Origin: a virus
Taxonomy: Duplodnaviria > Caudoviricetes
Strand: one strand, 5' to 3'
Virus record (IMG/VR): IMGVR_UViG_3300028883_000053
Coordinates: 1-59,403 of that record
DNA length: 59,403 bases
In this document: in pieces, positions 18,779 through 28,100 of the stretch
Position numbering within the stretch: the first letter of the stretch is position 1
Layout: each line of letters starts with the position of its first letter
Position numbers and translations under genes: made by a program
The notes under the pieces: generated by a model
The model's database searches: none
What the model was told of the DNA's origin: nothing
The model's input: the letters and a program-made list of their open reading frames with translations, nothing else

Positions 18779-20205
18779 GATATTATGTATCGGACGGGGC
18801 TAAGTCTGTCCCGCTTAATTCACTGCCCGAGGAAGCCTGGACCATCATCCAGGGCGACACGGGCGACGCAGATCAGGTGCGCAAGCTGTACGAGGTCGTT
18901 TCTGTCCTGCGACGAGGTGTCGACCTGCGGGCCAATGCACTGTTGGACGTGCCGTGGTACGTCTATCAGGGTGACGCAGAAGAGCCTGTATTAGATTATA
19001 CAGGCAATAAGGCGGTGGGCGGAGATCTGTCGTGGCTCACCGACTTACCCATGTTGCTATGGCTGACCGAGGCTGGACTATCCCTGCATCCTGAGGCTTT
19101 TTGGTTCGGAAGGATGACTAAGGAGCGCCAGCGTCGACGTAAACCCGTTGTTTGGGATAAGCTGCGCTTCCTGACACCTGCGTCGATGACGCCACAATAT
19201 GACGAACAGAGCGGGCTGACGGGCTTTGAGCGGCGTGTTGGCGAGCGGCGGGTGACGCTGTCAACGGATCAGGTGATTTACTTCAGTCTACCAAATCCAA
19301 CGCACGAAACAGACCCGAACACCGCACCTGCGCAGGCTGCAGCGGCTGCTGCTGGCGTCATATACAACTTAGACAAATTCGCTGCATCCTTTTTTGATCG
19401 AGGCGCTATCAAGGCAACATTGTTGTCTGTCCCGAACACCGCACCTGAGCTAGAGCGCAAAAAGCTCAAGACTTGGTATCAGCGGGTCGTTGCAGGCATC
19501 AATAACGCATTTGCTACCGAGGTCATATCGTCTGAGATCGAGCCGATCACGATAGGCGAGGGTACGTCTGAGATAGCAGATACGGGGCTGACCGAAACTA
19601 AGGAACGACAGGTTGCTACTGCGTTCGGCATTCCGTGGTCCAAGCTATTCGCAGACGCAGCCAACCGAGCAGTATCAGAGCAGGACGACCGCTCGTTTTT
19701 CAAGGAAACGATCCTTCCTGACGCACGTCTGATCGCACGCACCATCAATACGCATCCTATCTTCAGAGATAACGATCTGCGGCTGGTATTTGCACAGAAC
19801 GAAATGCAAATCTTCCAGACCGACGAGCTAGAGCGTGCGCAGACCTTCCAGACGTACGTCAACGGCGGAATGAAGCCGTCGGTCGCAGCCGAGATCGCAG
19901 GCGTTGGCCTGCCCGATGGCGTCAAATACGAGGACCTAGACCCTGAGGAACCGAGTCCTGAAGAATTGGATGCAGCGGCTGCGCAGAATCAGCCACCACA
20001 GCAGCCACAGCAGTCCACAGGCGAAGAAGATACAGAGGCCAAGCGGTTCAGGGCATGGGCCAAGAAACGGGCTGACAGACCCGATTTCAGCGTTGACGAT
20101 TTTCGATCTGATATCCTGTCACGGTCTGACAAGGCGTCCATCCTGATCGATATGATGGAGGGCGGCGTTGCCGTGAATGCGCCCTTTCGTCCTGGCGTCT
20201 ACTGA
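18763..20205 (+). CDS. Portal protein (HK97-like)
   Basis: Follows terL; FFDRGA, VATAFGIP motifs. Confidence 0.85.
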   Translation: MANRMRYYVSDGAKSVPLNSLPEEAWTIIQGDTGDADQVRKLYEVVSVLRRGVDLRANALLDVPWYVYQGDAEEPVLDYTGNKAVGGDLSWLTDLPMLLWLTEAGLSLHPEAFWFGRMTKERQRRRKPVVWDKLRFLTPASMTPQYDEQSGLTGFERRVGERRVTLSTDQVIYFSLPNPTHETDPNTAPAQAAAAAAGVIYNLDKFAASFFDRGAIKATLLSVPNTAPELERKKLKTWYQRVVAGINNAFATEVISSEIEPITIGEGTSEIADTGLTETKERQVATAFGIPWSKLFADAANRAVSEQDDRSFFKETILPDARLIARTINTHPIFRDNDLRLVFAQNEMQIFQTDELERAQTFQTYVNGGMKPSVAAEIAGVGLPDGVKYEDLDPEEPSPEELDAAAAQNQPPQQPQQSTGEEDTEAKRFRAWAKKRADRPDFSVDDFRSDILSRSDKASILIDMMEGGVAVNAPFRPGVY

Positions 20206-22720
20206 GCAGCCAGTAGATCACGCGGCTATACGTGCGGCGTTGCAGGCACGGCGGGACGATGACGAGTACGAGAAGAACCTGCGTATGGGATTCGAGCGAC
20301 GGGTCGAGCGGGATATCGGCGAGGCGCTATATGATGAATTTCGCATCTGGTGCATACGTCTGATCTACTATGCAAAACAGGTCGCCAGGAAGTCTGCATT
20401 TACCAAGGACTTTTGGGGCGATATCGACGCCAACAGCGAACTGGTCATGGACGACGAGGACTGGTGGGAGGCTGCGGACGAATTCATTGACGGCGGTCCT
20501 ATCATGGACGAGGTCGAAGAGGCTATGGTCAATAACCCGACACCGTTAACGGCGGCAACGGGTCAGGTCGGCACTTCAGGTCGGGTCAAGGATGCATTAA
20601 TGCGGGCGCTGTCCGAAAGCGTCAGCCTTGGCGCGGATATCGCATTCGACCAGATGGATCAGGCTGGCATGTCTTTCGACTATACGCTAGTGAACGACAA
20701 AGCACGTCAGGAAGCGCTGTTGTACGGCGGAGAATTGGTTACAGGCATCACGCAGCATACGCAGGACGTGATGCGGCGGGACATCGCACGCTGGATAGAA
20801 AACGACGAACCGCTATCGTCGCTGGTTAAGGACATCGAACGGTTCGGATTCGACCGCAAGCGGGCCAAACTGATAGCGTCTACCGAGGTCACCCGAGCAA
20901 TTGCTATCGGTCAACATCAGGCGTTCATCGAAAGCGGTGTTGAGGTGATGCAATGGCGCACCGCACGAGACGAGCGGGTCTGCCCGATCTGCGGCAAGCT
21001 GCACCGCCAGGACGTGGGCATCTACGATCGTTTTTCTGGCGCACTGCCTGACGACATGCAGCAGCGATACAAGACAACTTTCCAGCTACCGCCAGCCCAC
21101 CCGCGCTGCAGGTGCTGGATCGTTCCGGTGGTTAAGGAGATATCAGACAAGGACCTAGAGGCGCTGTCGAAGCCCGCATTGCCTGAGGGCATCCTAGAAG
21201 ACGGCTTCCCTGACGACCTGAACCGACTGGAACACGTGCGGGATTTGGGCGGGTCGACAGGCGCAAAGCTAGTACGCGACCCGAATACGGGCGCTCTGTA
21301 CGTACGCAAAACCGGCAACAGCGTAGGTCATCTGCGAGAGGAAGTGCTCGCAGACAGGGCATACAAGGCTATGGGCGTCAATGTCCCTGATCTGCACCTG
21401 TACGAGACAGACGGTGGACCTGTCAAGCTCGCTAAATTTATCCCTGACGGTACAACGCTCGGCGACCTGAAGCGCAGCGATCCTAGAGCATACAAACGAG
21501 CCGTCAAGGAGGTCAGGAAAGACTTTAGCGCAGACGCACTACTCGGCAATTGGGATGTGGTCGGCATGTCTAACGACAACATTATGGTCGACAAGGCTGG
21601 CGCTGTCTGGCGTATTGATAACGGCGGGTCGCTGCGATATCGTGCGCAGGGCGGCATGAAACCGATGGGATTCACGGAATACCCGCAGGAACTGTGGACG
21701 ATGCGCAAGCGGCGCTGGAATGACAGGATATTCGACACAACCGAGGACGTGCTGGGCGATACCAAGTGGTTTGACATCGAGAAGCAAATGCGCAGGATAG
21801 GCAAGAACGAGGACGAATTACTGGCGCTGTTTGACGAGAACCCTGACGTGCGCAAGGCGCTCAAGGGTCGGCTAGGTCACTACGACGAATTAACTAAGAT
21901 GTCATCCAAGATGCGACGGGACGATTGGGTGGGCGACTATGTCGACATATTCAGCCGTCACAATATCGGTCTGCAGGCTGCAGGATGGACCGAGACGCTA
22001 CCAGACGAACTCAAAATGGTTCGTGGTGACCTGCATCGAGTCGTAGACGGCAAAGGCAGGCGCTGGGACAATCTACGAGGTCGAGATTCTGCGTCCACTA
22101 AGCTAATGGACTACATCAACGCCAATGGTGGATCGTACGGTAGAGGCAGGAGCGATGTCGTCACCTTTTGGGCGGGAGAACAGGCTGGATCGTCCTGGTC
22201 ACCTGGGGCTATGGCGGGCAAGGCGTTCTGGAAAAGGCAGCGCAAACTTCCCGCAGACACATGGTCTTGGGGCGAATGGCGCGGCTACGACTTCAAAAAG
22301 GCAGACACATTCCTGGATCGAGCGCTGCAGATCACCGGAAAGGAGAACTACGAAGAATCGATGGCGGCAATGCATGCGGCATCCTATCAGGCTATGCTGC
22401 GGGTCAAGGGTCCTGGTCGCAACATACGCAAGCGCACGTGGCGTATTTGGCGTGGCGACAGCCCAGGATCGCTGCATGCACGGGGCATCGGTCCTGGCGA
22501 GACAGCGGTCATCCAGAAGGGAATCAGCGAGTCGACGTCAGGCTTCAAGTTCAACTGGCACGGCGGCGAGACGTATCAGGACGTGCCGTTCCACAGAATC
22601 ACTGCGGTATACTGGTTTGATCGCACCGCAGGAAGCGGAGATGGTCTGCTACTCGGTGACGGCGAGAACGAGTTCCTTGCGATGATGGACGGTATACCTA
22701 CTACTTGGAAGATGCCATAA
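20177..22720 (+). CDS. MuF minor head protein with kinase-like and ADP-ribosyltransferase-like extensions
   Basis: RAKLIASTEVTRA, DERVCPICG, PPAHPRCRC (MuF); GGSTGA..K..E..GNWD..N..IDNG (kinase-like); WRG..STS..ENE (ART-like). Confidence 0.8.
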   Translation: MRPFVLASTEQPVDHAAIRAALQARRDDDEYEKNLRMGFERRVERDIGEALYDEFRIWCIRLIYYAKQVARKSAFTKDFWGDIDANSELVMDDEDWWEAADEFIDGGPIMDEVEEAMVNNPTPLTAATGQVGTSGRVKDALMRALSESVSLGADIAFDQMDQAGMSFDYTLVNDKARQEALLYGGELVTGITQHTQDVMRRDIARWIENDEPLSSLVKDIERFGFDRKRAKLIASTEVTRAIAIGQHQAFIESGVEVMQWRTARDERVCPICGKLHRQDVGIYDRFSGALPDDMQQRYKTTFQLPPAHPRCRCWIVPVVKEISDKDLEALSKPALPEGILEDGFPDDLNRLEHVRDLGGSTGAKLVRDPNTGALYVRKTGNSVGHLREEVLADRAYKAMGVNVPDLHLYETDGGPVKLAKFIPDGTTLGDLKRSDPRAYKRAVKEVRKDFSADALLGNWDVVGMSNDNIMVDKAGAVWRIDNGGSLRYRAQGGMKPMGFTEYPQELWTMRKRRWNDRIFDTTEDVLGDTKWFDIEKQMRRIGKNEDELLALFDENPDVRKALKGRLGHYDELTKMSSKMRRDDWVGDYVDIFSRHNIGLQAAGWTETLPDELKMVRGDLHRVVDGKGRRWDNLRGRDSASTKLMDYINANGGSYGRGRSDVVTFWAGEQAGSSWSPGAMAGKAFWKRQRKLPADTWSWGEWRGYDFKKADTFLDRALQITGKENYEESMAAMHAASYQAMLRVKGPGRNIRKRTWRIWRGDSPGSLHARGIGPGETAVIQKGISESTSGFKFNWHGGETYQDVPFHRITAVYWFDRTAGSGDGLLLGDGENEFLAMMDGIPTTWKMP

Positions 22721-22721
22721 T

Positions 22722-22994
22722 ATGATGAATCTCGAACGAACACGGCGATCTAGACGTATGGGTCATGATATCCTGTTGCTAACGATAGACGGCGAACAGG
22801 CGGTCGTGGCTGACGATCTCAGCCAAGGGCTACTGTGGGATTACGGCGTGGTCTACCTTGGCCTGGAATGGCGGGACAAGATATCGGTCACGGTGCGGGA
22901 TCACGATCTGAAAGGGGCGACCGACGATCCTGACATCGTCGCAGCAGTCAAGGAATGGGCGACAGACATATTCGAGGTCGATAGCGATGCCTGA
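22722..22994 (+). CDS. Small protein after MuF (candidate immunity protein)
   Basis: Position only. Confidence 0.5.
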   Translation: MMNLERTRRSRRMGHDILLLTIDGEQAVVADDLSQGLLWDYGVVYLGLEWRDKISVTVRDHDLKGATDDPDIVAAVKEWATDIFEVDSDA

Positions 22995-23394
22995 GATATC
23001 AATCGAGATTGAGGGGATCGAAAAAGCCCTGTCGAGGCTAGACGAGCGCAAGGTACGCAGGGAAATGAACAACGCTATGCGGGACGTCGTCAATAAGGTG
23101 CATCATGACATCACCGACTACCCGCCAGAATTACCTAATCAGGTATACGTCAGGAAAGGCAGCGGCGGTCTTGGCGGCAGTTTTACGACCAAGGTCAAGA
23201 CGTCGCTACGGTCTGTCAAGGGGATTGTCGGGTCAGTCCTGGGCTATGTTCCCTGGGTCGTATCAGATGCGTTTCAGGCATCGATTCATCGTGGAAGATG
23301 GAAAACAGACCGTCAGGTCCTAGAGAAGAATGCGAAGTATTTCGAGAAGCGTCTGCGGGCTGCAGTGTTGAGGGTACTTAACGGCTATGTCTGA
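22987..23394 (+). CDS. HK97 gp10-like neck/tail completion protein
   Basis: ISIEIEGIEKALSRL...GIVGSVLGYVPWV. Confidence 0.6.
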   Translation: MPEISIEIEGIEKALSRLDERKVRREMNNAMRDVVNKVHHDITDYPPELPNQVYVRKGSGGLGGSFTTKVKTSLRSVKGIVGSVLGYVPWVVSDAFQASIHRGRWKTDRQVLEKNAKYFEKRLRAAVLRVLNGYV

Positions 23395-23489
23395 GTGGGT
23401 CGACCTGCGACAAAATGGTGTCAAATGGGGCGAATACAATCCCCGCACGAATGAGGTTCGTTTCGTGCGGGGCAAGCGGTCTGCATGCT

Positions 23490-23720
23490 TCAATCTCGCT
23501 CGTCTGCGTAAGCAGCGGCGTCGACGTCGAGGGTCAGGTCCTGACCAGAATCAATCCGCTCGGCGATAATAGCCTCGACGGTCATGTTGACCGACAGCTT
23601 CGCAGCGTCTGATATTGCACGCAGCCAACGCCACATATCGGGCTTTAGCATGATGCGATAGCGCTGCTCCCTGCTTTCCATTGTAGGCACTGCCTCAGCC
23701 ATTTTCTCGCTCCAATCCAT
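23490..23720 (-). CDS. Ribbon-helix-helix-like DNA-binding protein
   Basis: YRIMLKPDMWRWLRAIS...SVNMTVE; similar to the adjacent ORF. Confidence 0.55.
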   Translation of the reverse strand: MDWSEKMAEAVPTMESREQRYRIMLKPDMWRWLRAISDAAKLSVNMTVEAIIAERIDSGQDLTLDVDAAAYADERD

Positions 23721-24009
23721 GCAGCCTGAATTCTTCCTGCTTGTCTGCTACCAGCATCTCGATGACCTGATTGACGCTAACCTTGTAGGATGACGGGCGC
23801 TCTATGTCGCTCATGTCTACTCCGTCAGCCTTAGCTTTCTTATACGCCTTCAGCGCCGTCGCTCGTTGCACGTCTAGCTGTTCAGCCTGTCCCTCTAGCC
23901 ATTCCCACATATCGGGTCGCAGACGTATCGTCATGCCACCTGGTGTTTTCTTAAGCGCAGGGTCAATCGGCTTTCTGCCCGACCCTTCACGCCATCCACC
24001 TAATGTCAT
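23695..24009 (-). CDS. Ribbon-helix-helix-like DNA-binding protein
   Basis: GGWREGSGRKP..TIRLRPDMWEWLE...SVNQVIE; own promoter. Confidence 0.65.
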   Translation of the reverse strand: MTLGGWREGSGRKPIDPALKKTPGGMTIRLRPDMWEWLEGQAEQLDVQRATALKAYKKAKADGVDMSDIERPSSYKVSVNQVIEMLVADKQEEFRLHGLERENG

Positions 24010-24027
24010 AATTCGCTCCTTTCGTTA

Positions 24028-24070
24028 TGATACAACTGTATCACAGCGCCTCGTCTGCGTCAAGCGCCCA
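24028..24070 (-). promoter_or_regulatory. Repeated promoter with palindrome TGATACA-AC-TGTATCA
   Basis: TTGACG-17-TACAGT on the minus strand. Confidence 0.75.
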
Positions 24071-24286
24071 CTCGACTAATTCACGCAGACGCCCTATAAA
24101 GTCCTGATAGAAATAGACCTGCACGATCTGATTCGGGTCAGTCAACACTTTGTCGGCTGCGGCGTACAGGTCCATGCTAACTACTTCCCTCGGCTTGTTC
24201 TGCGGCAGACCGACCGTAATCAGACGACCGTGACGCACTATCACACCGATAGACGACTTCCACCCTCCCGATCCTGATACAGCCAC

Positions 24287-24514
24287 CTATGTTCGCCTCA
24301 GCAGTTCATACAGGCGAGCAAAGATACCCATGTCCTCGTCCGGTCCGTTTGGATGCAGGGCATTAAGGCCGTACATCGACACGTGCCGACTCTGTACGAA
24401 ATCGACTGCACCGCAGTGGATGCAGTGGTCACCGTCTATTGGCGTCATTCCACCGCAGTATACGCAGTCAACCTTGTCTTGATGCCTCGGCGGCGGCGGT
24501 ATCGTGTAGCCCAT
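24287..24514 (-). CDS. Zinc-ribbon protein
   Basis: CVYC..CIHC. Confidence 0.55.
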   Translation of the reverse strand: MGYTIPPPPRHQDKVDCVYCGGMTPIDGDHCIHCGAVDFVQSRHVSMYGLNALHPNGPDEDMGIFARLYELLRRT

Positions 24515-24515
24515 T

Positions 24516-24929
24516 TTACTCTCTCTCCTTGGCGAAATCGCTCCATTTCTCGACACGTTTGATTGACAGGTATCGCTTGCCTCGCTCCTTGGCGACCATA
24601 GCAGCGCCGATCTCGTCCGCACTGTATACGACAGGAATGTTGTGGTCACGGGCGACCTTAACCTCTCGGTCAGCGCCTGCAGATTCACCGCCCAGGCGCA
24701 GCAACACGTCGCAACACGGCACGAACGCAAGGTCTTGTGCCATCCATTGCTCATAGGTGATATGCGCACCGTGACGCCCTGTATAGAAGTGAGCCATTAG
24801 CGGATTGAAGACCGCGTACCCATCGTCGATGAGACGTACAGCCTCACCCATCATGCGGTGCGTATTTTCTATTGCGGTTGTTGGGTCACCGTCACCGGTG
24901 TACGGTCCCGATAAGAATACCTTGATCAC
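24516..24929 (-). CDS. DUF4406/nucleoside deoxyribosyltransferase-like protein
   Basis: VFLSGPYTG..FNP..CDVLLRLGGESAGADRE..A..IPV. Confidence 0.75.
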   Translation of the reverse strand: MIKVFLSGPYTGDGDPTTAIENTHRMMGEAVRLIDDGYAVFNPLMAHFYTGRHGAHITYEQWMAQDLAFVPCCDVLLRLGGESAGADREVKVARDHNIPVVYSADEIGAAMVAKERGKRYLSIKRVEKWSDFAKERE

Positions 24930-25351
24930 TACGAAATCCTCCTTGCAACTCTGACTTGTTCGCCCAACCCAATGTCGTACTTCTCTCCGTCGAATTGCCT
25001 GGAATATGGCGGAAGTTTGTCGTAACCAGCCATATCGAAGCTATAGTCTCGCTCAAGCGTCACGTCGACATATTCACCGATCTCAGCCTGCGCAGCGTCC
25101 TGCAGGCTGATTACGACGCTGCGGCGATAGCGTCTGAACGGTATCAGATCGTCCCGATATCCCTCCCGCCAAGGCCCGACTATAACACTGTATCGTCTGC
25201 CATCCTCGATCGCCTGCATGATCTGCTCGCCGATTGTGATATTGGCCATGCGCTTGCGTTGGGCAACGATCTCGTCTGCACACACCAGAACAAGCGCCTC
25301 GTCATTTGCGACGAATTCCAGCGTAAAGATGCCCGTCTTTTTGTCGGTCAT
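24929..25351 (-). CDS. Hypothetical protein
   Basis: Coupled operon member. Confidence 0.55.
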   Translation of the reverse strand: MTDKKTGIFTLEFVANDEALVLVCADEIVAQRKRMANITIGEQIMQAIEDGRRYSVIVGPWREGYRDDLIPFRRYRRSVVISLQDAAQAEIGEYVDVTLERDYSFDMAGYDKLPPYSRQFDGEKYDIGLGEQVRVARRIS

Positions 25352-25701
25352 TCGCTCGCCCATGCGCAGTCTCCTTTGCATATCTCGGACAGCCTGACAG
25401 ACCGTGCCGCTCCATCCTTGTAGTGTATGTTGACGAATCGTCGTTCAGGGAACGGAAGCGACAGGTGCGACCAGCGTATTGCGCCGTCCTGCGCAGCGTC
25501 TATCGTGGGCCAATCGCACGGGGTCGATATCCAGCCACCGTAGCAGACGTGGATGCTCTCGACGTCGTCACCGGTTACGATCTCAACGCTGTATCGTTCC
25601 CCGCCGTAGTACTCCACACGAGCTTCGATGGGCTGCTCACCCTGTATGAATGGAAGCCATATGGATATCGTCAGCAGCAAGCCCATAATCGTGCTAGTCA
25701 T
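25348..25701 (-). CDS. Small exported/membrane-anchored protein
   Basis: LLLTISIWLPFIQ N-terminus; paralog of the adjacent ORF. Confidence 0.6.
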   Translation of the reverse strand: MTSTIMGLLLTISIWLPFIQGEQPIEARVEYYGGERYSVEIVTGDDVESIHVCYGGWISTPCDWPTIDAAQDGAIRWSHLSLPFPERRFVNIHYKDGAARSVRLSEICKGDCAWASE

Positions 25702-25705
25702 TCTG

Positions 25706-26053
25706 TTAATCCTTTCTCCATCCGCACTCACCTACACAGACATCGGCCAGCGGGAATATCGTCCTAGTGTCGTTCTGCGTCACGATCTCGATCACGTGCA
25801 TTCTAGGAACTTGAACCGAACCACCGATCCAAATGTGTTGCTCTGCGTACATATCCTGCAGGCGCAGCGGTTGATACGCCAGATTTGTGTTGTAGACGAA
25901 GCACAGGTTTACTTCCTGCACGTCGTTTCGTGCCTTGACCTGAAAGTCATACAATTCGATGTCGGCTATGCGGGTCATTTCGACCTGCACGGGCGAGGGC
26001 GACTGCATGAACGGAAGCCACAGTGCAATGGTCAGTAGTAGTGCGTTAATCAT
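25706..26053 (-). CDS. Small exported/membrane-anchored protein
   Basis: LLLTIALWLPFMQ N-terminus; GGAGG RBS. Confidence 0.6.
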   Translation of the reverse strand: MINALLLTIALWLPFMQSPSPVQVEMTRIADIELYDFQVKARNDVQEVNLCFVYNTNLAYQPLRLQDMYAEQHIWIGGSVQVPRMHVIEIVTQNDTRTIFPLADVCVGECGWRKD

Positions 26054-27470
26054 CCTCCAAATCCTTTCTCCAATCCCATCCTTGGATCGCTCCCTCGGGC
26101 CACCCAGGGCCAAATACTACAATCGCAGTCGCATGGCCGGGCCTTTTCTTGTTCTCTACGCCCTCGGGCGGGTCGAACGCAACCCGTCCACGCAACAGAT
26201 AGATCGAACCCTTCATCGCTAGTTCGTGCCACCATGCGGTATCGGTGGACGCTCGCAGCACGCAGACGGTCGTCACACCGTTCGCTCTTTCGTCCAGCGC
26301 CTTCGTCAGCCACACTTCAGTCTGACCGTATGGTGGATTACAGAACGCTAATCGACTTTTGACACCGTATTCCCACCAGTCAACCTTCAAGCCGTTGTTT
26401 GCGGGCGTGATATAGTTTTCGGCTTTCGCATTGTCGTCAGTTGCACAGACGTCCAGGTCAAATGCGCCGAACTTCGACTCTAACGCTTCCATCAAATCGT
26501 CTGGCGTCGACCAGTCCTGATACCCGTTCGTCTTGACGTGCGACATAACGTTGGTTTCGACCTGTTCGGGTACAGTGTATCCGTTGCGTATCGCAGCGAT
26601 CAGATCGTCCTGTACTCCGATCTTGTTCTTGATCGACCATCGATCATAATCCTCCCAACGATACAGGCATGAGCAGTGTATCTTCTGATTGCCTGCGACC
26701 TGATTCCAGCGGTCGACCTCAGCGTACATCTCCTGCACCCAACCGTCGTTGACGTCTGCCCATGCCTCGTCGCCCTGATCAGTCTCGGTGATGTAGACGG
26801 GAAGCGACGTCATGCCTGCGGGTATAGCGTGCATGAAGTCCTGATAGCAGCGGAAATGCCAGCGCCAGCCCTCAGGATGAACAGCGTCAGACGCCACAAA
26901 CGACGGGTCAGCACCGTGAGTGTAGGCATGAAGGGCGATACCGTCCAGATTGCCAGGGCCTACTACTTTGAGGATTGTACCGAAGTATGAGATCGGGTCG
27001 ATGCCTGTCTGCATGTTCCACGGAGCTACAGCAGCAACGATCACCTCGTCATTTTCGTGGCCGTCTAGCGACCTGATTGCAGTGCGGCACAGCTTGAACG
27101 CCCGTGCGTAGTCTCCGGCAGCAATCCAGCCATCTTCGGGCCACTCGTTTTCGTGGTTTGGTTCGTTCCCTATAATCCAGCGTGTGACGCTTTGCGTGCG
27201 TGCGACGTATTGCGCACAGCTAGATGCGAAACGCTCGTATTCATGTATCATCGGGAGCGTACCCGTCGACCCGTACCCGTTATTGATGCGCACGATCACG
27301 TCAATTTGGGCGTCCGCCAGTTCGGAGTAGTCGGTTCGAGCGTCCCGTCCACCGTCCAGCCCGACTGCGACCGTATCGACGACCCAGCCGGACGTGCGAT
27401 CACCGGTCACATTTTCGTGCAACAAATGCGCCCCGCCAGCATCGTGTATGCCGTAGATTGATTTTCTCAT
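26046..27470 (-). CDS. Clan GH-A glycoside hydrolase fused to a phage Dam-type N6-adenine methyltransferase
   Basis: WIIGNEPN, LHAYTHG, PVYITE; then WSTP..FDLDVCA..FCNPPY..STDTAWWH..RGRVAF; no stop between domains. Confidence 0.8.
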   Translation of the reverse strand: MRKSIYGIHDAGGAHLLHENVTGDRTSGWVVDTVAVGLDGGRDARTDYSELADAQIDVIVRINNGYGSTGTLPMIHEYERFASSCAQYVARTQSVTRWIIGNEPNHENEWPEDGWIAAGDYARAFKLCRTAIRSLDGHENDEVIVAAVAPWNMQTGIDPISYFGTILKVVGPGNLDGIALHAYTHGADPSFVASDAVHPEGWRWHFRCYQDFMHAIPAGMTSLPVYITETDQGDEAWADVNDGWVQEMYAEVDRWNQVAGNQKIHCSCLYRWEDYDRWSIKNKIGVQDDLIAAIRNGYTVPEQVETNVMSHVKTNGYQDWSTPDDLMEALESKFGAFDLDVCATDDNAKAENYITPANNGLKVDWWEYGVKSRLAFCNPPYGQTEVWLTKALDERANGVTTVCVLRASTDTAWWHELAMKGSIYLLRGRVAFDPPEGVENKKRPGHATAIVVFGPGWPEGAIQGWDWRKDLEDD

Positions 27471-27673
27471 TCGCCAGTCTCCTTGAACGCCCGTTCGCAG
27501 TCCTTCAGCGTAATGCCTAGTTCGCCGAAGAAATCGCGCAACGACATGCGTTCGCCTTCGATACCGACGCACCCGTCATACCAACCGCCTATTGCTATGT
27601 CGCGGCTTGTTTTGTAGAAGGTCACGTCGATTCCTGAGTAATCAAAGTCGCCAATGTAATATGTCTTAGGCAT
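27467..27673 (-). CDS. Hypothetical protein
   Basis: Coupled operon member. Confidence 0.55.
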   Translation of the reverse strand: MPKTYYIGDFDYSGIDVTFYKTSRDIAIGGWYDGCVGIEGERMSLRDFFGELGITLKDCERAFKETGE

Positions 27674-28100
27674 CGTCAGCCTCCGGTCGCATACGCAGCG
27701 TCGTTCGCCAGTCGATACCCATCGGCAGACGCAGCCCGCTTGTACGTGGAAAAGACATATCCACTATTGGCAAATTCCCCCAGCCCTGTTCGGTCGGTTC
27801 GTCCAGGTAATCTCCTGGAATCAGCCAAATACCGAGTCCGGTTGGCGTAAACGCATGGGCCGTGGCGACGTCCGGCGCTTTGGACCAGTCCGGTTCGGGT
27901 ATCCTCGACAGGTCCCTGATCTGGTCTATCAGCGGGACGAGTATCAGCGCAAAGCGGATCAGCCAGCCTGCGTACCCTACCAACTGAGGCGCATTTTGGG
28001 CGTTGATAAATTCCCGAATCCCGCTTCTGGTTCGCCTGTCCTGCGGCGTTCCATCGGCTAGGTAATCCATCATCTGTTTGATGTCCTGGTCTGTCGTCAC
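27666..28100 (-). CDS. Hypothetical protein
   Basis: Coupled operon member; AGGAG RBS. Confidence 0.55.
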   Translation of the reverse strand: MTTDQDIKQMMDYLADGTPQDRRTRSGIREFINAQNAPQLVGYAGWLIRFALILVPLIDQIRDLSRIPEPDWSKAPDVATAHAFTPTGLGIWLIPGDYLDEPTEQGWGNLPIVDMSFPRTSGLRLPMGIDWRTTLRMRPEADDA

